NCBI GenBank assembly: GCA_964596595.1
Contig: CAZQUI010000003.1
Span: 979-64,978 of the forward strand
Length of the DNA: 64,000 bases
Direction of reading: 5' to 3'
From: an uncultured Candidatus Saccharibacteria bacterium
GTDB taxonomy: Bacteria > Patescibacteriota > Minisyncoccia > Phycocordibacterales > PALSA-1337
The notes beneath the pieces are model-generated. The model saw only the letters and a list, made by a program, of their open reading frames with translations, had not been told where the DNA came from and made no database searches. Shown here piece after piece: positions 59,053 to 64,000 of the stretch. Positions within the stretch are counted from its first letter, which is position 1; every line of letters begins with the position of its first letter. Made by a program: the position numbers and the translations under genes.

Positions 59053-60087
59053 CTAAGTCTTACTACAAACTTTCACCACAGCCATCTCCAGTGGCAAAAT
59101 TTCTATATGGGCACGGCCGATGGCTTCGGCAGCTTCTAGAAAAACAGATAATATAATTGGGCTAAGGACTTTTTTATTTGCTTGCTCTGATACAAAATCA
59201 AAGTCATCTGCTGATATGCGATCTTTGATATATTCTTTTGAAGAAGGAGAATGTTGGACTAGCAATATATATCTCATTTTTTCTAAAAGCAAAGTTGCAA
59301 AAGTATTCATGGCAATGTTCATTTTATCTGCTTCCCCAAGAAGCTTTAGAGCACTGTCAGAATCACCAGAAATAACAGCGGCAATAAAACGATTGATCAA
59401 ATCTGCTCGAGGAGCGCCAGTGATCTTTTCAACTTCTTCCCGACTAATTTTTTTATCCCGAGCTCTGTCGAGGGAAACTGAAATAACTTTTTGCAAAGTA
59501 CCCAAAGCATCACGAAATGATCCATCACCCAAAAGAGCAATGAGATCTCCTGCTCCGGCGTCCAAGGTAAAGCCCTCTTTCTTTGCAATTGCGGTAACTT
59601 CTTTACGCAAAATCTCTCGAGTTGGCTTTCGAAAAGAAAAAGTCTGACAACGAGAAATAATAGTGTCTGGAACTTTATCGAGTTCGGTAGTCGCTAAAAT
59701 AAAGATCACATGTTGTGGTGGTTCTTCTAGAGTTTTAAGAAGAGCATTCCAAGCATCTTTGGAAAGCATGTGAACTTCATCGATAATATAAACTTTGTAG
59801 ACTGATGAAAAAGGCAAAGTAGAGACATGCTCACGAAGGTGTCGAATGTCGTCTATACCTCTATTTGAGGCAGCATCTATCTCATAGACATCCTCATCAG
59901 CTGTACCGATAGCTTTAGCAAATATCCGAGCGGTTGTAGTCTTGCCTGTTCCTCGAGACCCTGAAAACAAATAAGCATGAGCAAGCCTTTTGCCGGTAAT
60001 TGCATCTGATAAACCAGAGACAATATGGTCCTGACCAACAACTTCACTCCATTTTTGCGGACGATAGGTTCGATATAGTACTGACAT
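59053..60087 (-). CDS. dnaX: DNA polymerase III subunit gamma/tau
   Basis: LYRTYRP, GSRGTGKTT, EIDAASNRG, IIDEVHML, ISRC. Confidence 0.97.
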   Translation of the reverse strand: MSVLYRTYRPQKWSEVVGQDHIVSGLSDAITGKRLAHAYLFSGSRGTGKTTTARIFAKAIGTADEDVYEIDAASNRGIDDIRHLREHVSTLPFSSVYKVYIIDEVHMLSKDAWNALLKTLEEPPQHVIFILATTELDKVPDTIISRCQTFSFRKPTREILRKEVTAIAKKEGFTLDAGAGDLIALLGDGSFRDALGTLQKVISVSLDRARDKKISREEVEKITGAPRADLINRFIAAVISGDSDSALKLLGEADKMNIAMNTFATLLLEKMRYILLVQHSPSSKEYIKDRISADDFDFVSEQANKKVLSPIILSVFLEAAEAIGRAHIEILPLEMAVVKVCSKT

Positions 60088-60139
60088 GGCATTAGTTTAA
60101 CTCAAAAAACCAAGACTCGCTATTTATTTTTAATTTAAC

Positions 60140-60178
60140 AAAAAATGGGACACATTCCCAAAGGAACATGCCCCATAC
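60140..60178 (-). terminator. Intrinsic terminator upstream of dnaX
   Basis: Minus strand atggggcatgttcc-tttg-ggaatgtgtcccat followed by T tract. Confidence 0.6.
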
Positions 60179-60628
60179 ACTACATTCTCTGAAGTTGACC
60201 CCGAAGAGTCATCGGGTATAGCTAAACTTTACCCTATTCAATTCAATGACGGAGGAAGCTTCTGCAAAACTTCCATTTTACTTGCCAGGCAACCTGACAA
60301 GCCTCAACTATTACTTTTATTTGGCTCCATAGATCATAAGTAGCACTAATCTACTTCAAAGCCTACAAAAAATAATAATTGACTACCTGAGTTAAAAACT
60401 CAAATAAATCATTTTCTTCAAAGAACTGCTGCAGGTTTCCACAGGCGCAATTACCAACCAACGACGGCCACCGAGACAGGCGCCCCACGACAGGGCACGG
60501 TATGGTTCTTCATTGATGTATTCCTTTTGCTAAGGTTTACGTGATGTTCCCATCGTTGACTCTGTACTTAGGTGCCCGAAGCATCCCTAAAACAGACCTC
60601 TTAACTGCCCAAAATAATACTAACAAAA

Positions 60629-61669
60629 TTAATTATTTTGTCTACCAATATATGCTCGAATAATTTTTCTAACTTCTTTGGCACTATTTGTTTCCATTAG
60701 TTGATTTCTCAATTCCTTTGCCCCATCCCAACCAGAAACGTAAGCTTTAAAATGTTTTTTCATAACCGCAAAACTCTTTATTCCTTTGAATTTCTTTTCA
60801 AATAAAGTTGTATGCTCAGCCAAAATATTTAATCTTTCTTCTGGATTTTTTGCTCTGTTTTCCATCTTTGATTTTTGATCTTTGATCTTTGATCTTTCAA
60901 AAAGCCATGGCGTACCAAATATTCCCCTCCCTATCATCACCCCATCACAACCACTTTCTTTTATCTTTTGATATCCATCGATAACATCTTTTACATCACC
61001 ATTACCGATAATTAGAGTGCGTTTTTCTGGCAATAAATTTGCTTGAATATGATCTCTTAATTTAACTATCTCAGGCATAATTTCCCAATGAGCCGGAACA
61101 TCAGACATTTCTTTACGGGTACGTAAATGAACAGTTAAAACAGGTAGATTTAATTTTAGTAATGTTTCTATCCAAGACAAATCAACTTTGTTATAACCGA
61201 TTCTAGTTTTGACTGTAACAGGAATAGCGTGGCCAACACCTTCTTGTGCAGCCCTTATAACCTCTATCGCCAGTTTTGGATTTTTGATCATCGAAGCTCC
61301 ACCGCCCTGTTTTTCGACAGCTCTATCGGGACAGCCCATATTTATATCCAAACCATTAAAACCTAATTCTTTCACCAATTTCGCTGCTCCTTTCATTGCT
61401 TCTGGATGACCAGTAAAAAGTTGAGCAACAATAGGTCGTTCTTGCTTTGAATATGCCAAATCTATTAAAAGTTTTTCTTTACCGGGAGACATGAGACCAT
61501 CGGCCGAAACAAACTCTGTCCAAACAACATCCGGCTTACCATATTTAACTATTATTTTACGAAATGCAGCGTCAGTAACATTGGCCATTGGAGCCAAAAC
61601 AAAAATAGGCCTTTTTAAAGACTCCCAAAAATTAGTTTTATTTTGCTTTTTCTTTATAACCATGTTCAA
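60629..61669 (-). CDS. dus: tRNA-dihydrouridine synthase
   Basis: LAPMANVTD, DINMGCP, VTVKTRIG, GNGD, VMIGRG. Confidence 0.95.
   Translation of the reverse strand: MNMVIKKKQNKTNFWESLKRPIFVLAPMANVTDAAFRKIIVKYGKPDVVWTEFVSADGLMSPGKEKLLIDLAYSKQERPIVAQLFTGHPEAMKGAAKLVKELGFNGLDINMGCPDRAVEKQGGGASMIKNPKLAIEVIRAAQEGVGHAIPVTVKTRIGYNKVDLSWIETLLKLNLPVLTVHLRTRKEMSDVPAHWEIMPEIVKLRDHIQANLLPEKRTLIIGNGDVKDVIDGYQKIKESGCDGVMIGRGIFGTPWLFERSKIKDQKSKMENRAKNPEERLNILAEHTTLFEKKFKGIKSFAVMKKHFKAYVSGWDGAKELRNQLMETNSAKEVRKIIRAYIGRQNN
60864..60898. repeat. 7-bp tandem repeat (ATCTTTG x5, imperfect) inside dus
   Basis: atctttg atttttg atctttg atctttg atctttc. Confidence 0.8.
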
Positions 61670-61724
61670 TCAAACTACAATAAAAATTGCAATCTGTAAA
61701 TATTGAGCTCGATCATCCCCAATC

Positions 61725-62699
61725 TTATTCTATTCTTCCTAAAATTTTAGCTACGTCCTCATCACGTGTTTTACTACCCAAAACCACAACAGCATAAAGG
61801 TCTTTATTTTGACCAATTTCAAAAAGAGATACCGCGGTGCGACCAGCTTCAGGAGTATAACCATTTTTGCCACCCAAATAATAAGACCAACTTAAAAAGT
61901 GAGTTGGATTTATCCAGGTATGAGCTCTAAGTGTCTTTGATTTCATATTGGTTATAGAAATAATTTCAGGATCATTTTTTCTAATCCAATCAATAATAAC
62001 CAAAAAATCATTTGCACTAGATACATTGTGAGGAGAAAGCCCAGAAGGATCAGCAAAATAAGTCCGGTAAGCACCAATTTCCTGAGTAAAATCATTCATC
62101 TCTTTAATAAACTTCTTACGACCATAATCGGCCGCAAAAGCTTCAGCTGCATCATTTGAAGAAACCATCAGTAATGGATACAGAAGATCATCAGCTCGAA
62201 AAGTTTCCCCTTCTTTGAAACCAGCAGTATTTCCGTAAATAGAAATTATTTCATCACTTATAACAATATGTTTATGAGGTTCTATTTTACGTCGAGCAAT
62301 AACAGCCGTAACTAATTTTGTGATTGAAGCAATCGGCAAAATAGTATCGGCACCATATTCGGTCAAAACTGTTCCTGTACTTAAATTTTTTAAAACATAT
62401 GAATTGGCCGTTATGTTCCCATTTAAGGAACCAGAAAATACCGGTATCAAAACTTTATTTTGTTTATCCTCTTCATCATGAGCAGAAAAACGAACCGTAT
62501 GAGTCAGGCCCGATAATAAAGTACTCGCTCTAGCCTCTTCAACCATGTTTGTAATACTACGAGAAATAGAAAAACTGTCTTTATCAAATCCAAAATGTGG
62601 TGCTACTTTTTGCCAGACAAAAATACCACCAGAGGCCAAAATAAGACCACAGCCTACTGCAGAAAATCCACAAAATAATAAATAGAAAAAATATTTCAT
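61725..62699 (-). CDS. D-alanyl-D-alanine carboxypeptidase (peptidase S11)
   Basis: IASITKL (SxxK), SSNDAA (SxN), GGKNGY (KTG-like). Confidence 0.9.
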   Translation of the reverse strand: MKYFFYLLFCGFSAVGCGLILASGGIFVWQKVAPHFGFDKDSFSISRSITNMVEEARASTLLSGLTHTVRFSAHDEEDKQNKVLIPVFSGSLNGNITANSYVLKNLSTGTVLTEYGADTILPIASITKLVTAVIARRKIEPHKHIVISDEIISIYGNTAGFKEGETFRADDLLYPLLMVSSNDAAEAFAADYGRKKFIKEMNDFTQEIGAYRTYFADPSGLSPHNVSSANDFLVIIDWIRKNDPEIISITNMKSKTLRAHTWINPTHFLSWSYYLGGKNGYTPEAGRTAVSLFEIGQNKDLYAVVVLGSKTRDEDVAKILGRIE

Positions 62700-63622
62700 T
62701 AATTATTTAGACGATAAAAAACATTTGAACCATACCTAACGTCAATTGAATCAAAGACCGGCATTTTACCCGATGAACGACCTACAGATAATTGATTTGT
62801 CCAAAAAGATACTAAATTCGCAAGCTGATCTTCTAATGATGACTTAGAGTCTAAATATACCACAGCTGTACTACTCACATCTTCGCTATTATTTACAATT
62901 TGAGTCGGATTACTTATGTACAATTCATATTCTCCATCCAGTTTAATTAATATAGCTTGAGCGGTAATTCTTGCTTGCCTTACAGCATCATAAAAAATCT
63001 CAACTTTCTTGAATTTAACAGAATCGAGAACTTGACTTCCGATTAAATTTGGACTGCTGGTAGCAATTTGTATATCTGGAACATAATAACGTTTATAGGC
63101 CGCCCCCGAAAAAACAGGAGCCTCAGAAAAAATAATTCCATTTTGATCGACAAAATAACAAGCATCAGATTTTTCCAAATTAATTTTATTTTCCAGAAAT
63201 TCTGGTAAACCATTACAAACAATTGCTTGACCTGCTTTTTCTTTTATAGAAACAGTCAGAATATCGCGATCTTTTAGATTTATATTTACCTGATCAATTC
63301 GTGGAGTTATAGCTTGAATCGCTGTAGCAATTTTGTCTTTTGGATACAGAAAAATATTAGATTTAGAAAACAATCCAAAATATTTACCGTCGATCGTCTC
63401 ATTTACTTTTTGACGTATCAATTTTGTTGTCTCAGTATCAATTCCGTAAACTTCAGTTGAAGAAATATTGACGCTCTTTAAATTTACAATAAACGAAGCG
63501 GCCCAAACTACTATAATCAATATAATTGAACTCAAACCATACCGTAAAATAGCCTGCTCACGCTTTTTTTTAGCAAAATAATTAGATTGTTTTGATAAAG
63601 TACGACTACGGCGAATATTCAT
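62699..63622 (-). CDS. FtsQ/DivIB-like cell division protein
   Basis: Basic N-terminus, single TM, POTRA-like region, YFVDQNGIIF, C-terminal IDVRYGSNVFY. Confidence 0.65.
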   Translation of the reverse strand: MNIRRSRTLSKQSNYFAKKKREQAILRYGLSSIILIIVVWAASFIVNLKSVNISSTEVYGIDTETTKLIRQKVNETIDGKYFGLFSKSNIFLYPKDKIATAIQAITPRIDQVNINLKDRDILTVSIKEKAGQAIVCNGLPEFLENKINLEKSDACYFVDQNGIIFSEAPVFSGAAYKRYYVPDIQIATSSPNLIGSQVLDSVKFKKVEIFYDAVRQARITAQAILIKLDGEYELYISNPTQIVNNSEDVSSTAVVYLDSKSSLEDQLANLVSFWTNQLSVGRSSGKMPVFDSIDVRYGSNVFYRLNN

Positions 63623-63634
63623 ACTGTGAAAAAT

Positions 63635-64000
63635 CTAGGATTTTTTAATAGATTCTGAACCAAAGTATTTTACCAAGACTTCAGGGAGCCGAATCGACCC
63701 ATCGGCTTGTTGAAAATTTTCTATCAATGAAACCAGAATTCGAGGTGTTGGTATGGCGGTAGAATTTAAAGAATGAGCATAACGAAGCTTACCTTCGATA
63801 TCTTTGTAACGAATATTAAGACGACGACACTGGAAATCATGGAAATAAGAAGCGGAAGAAATTTCTCGATACGTATTTTCTTTGGGAACCCATAATTCAA
63901 TATCATATTTTTTGACTTGACCAAGACCAAGATCACCCCCACAATTGATAACCGTATGATATGGGATACCTAAACTTTCAATAAATTCTTCCGTATTACG
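63635..64000 (-). CDS. serS: Serine--tRNA ligase, C-terminal part (truncated by window edge)
   Basis: Manual translation: GDLGLGQVKKYDIELWVP..YREISSAS..DFQCRRLNIRY..HSLNSTAIPTPR..IENFQQADG. Confidence 0.95.
   Translation of the reverse strand, partial: RNTEEFIESLGIPYHTVINCGGDLGLGQVKKYDIELWVPKENTYREISSASYFHDFQCRRLNIRYKDIEGKLRYAHSLNSTAIPTPRILVSLIENFQQADGSIRLPEVLVKYFGSESIKKS

Noticed and set aside
28353-59647. Antisense shadow ORFs in the ORF track (e.g. 28353-28880, 54202-54513, 59120-59647)
   Set aside because: They lie opposite well-supported genes and show no independent coding signal.
60240-60310. SRP RNA (ffs) upstream of dnaX
   Set aside because: TGTCAGG occurs, but the conserved GNRA loop followed by AGCAG of helix 8 is absent.
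1-64000. CRISPR array or cas genes
   Set aside because: No regularly spaced repeat-spacer array and no Cas-like ORFs seen.

Overview
AT-rich bacterial window, most genes on the minus strand, standard genetic code. Gene content and protein style (short AlaRS without C-Ala, sigma4-HTH protein, split transketolase, class II RNR, orphan PemK) point to a Patescibacteria/CPR (Parcubacteria-like) genome. Most of it is housekeeping: alaS, leuS, serS, mnmA, ychF, uvrBAC, ddl, mltG, pentose-phosphate/glycolysis genes, nrdJ, dnaX, dus, and three tRNAs (Ala-GGC, Ala-TGC, Gln-TTG). The most unusual part is an apparent island at the 3' end of tRNA-Gln (~51.0-58.9 kb). It encodes a membrane-anchored alpha-2-macroglobulin with an intact CxEQ thioester and a 128-aa Hint (intein-like) domain where the bait region normally sits. 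Downstream and tightly spaced are an exported MEMO1/AmrB-family protein and a HEPN-like protein, and an IS481 lies just upstream. Other candidates: an orphan PemK/MazF gene followed by a convergent, promoter-bearing two-tetraloop RNA; a LeuRS with a Nudix insertion and a remodelled editing site; a leader-peptide attenuator; and a 30-aa metallothionein-like peptide. All calls come from motif recognition by eye; no database searches were run.
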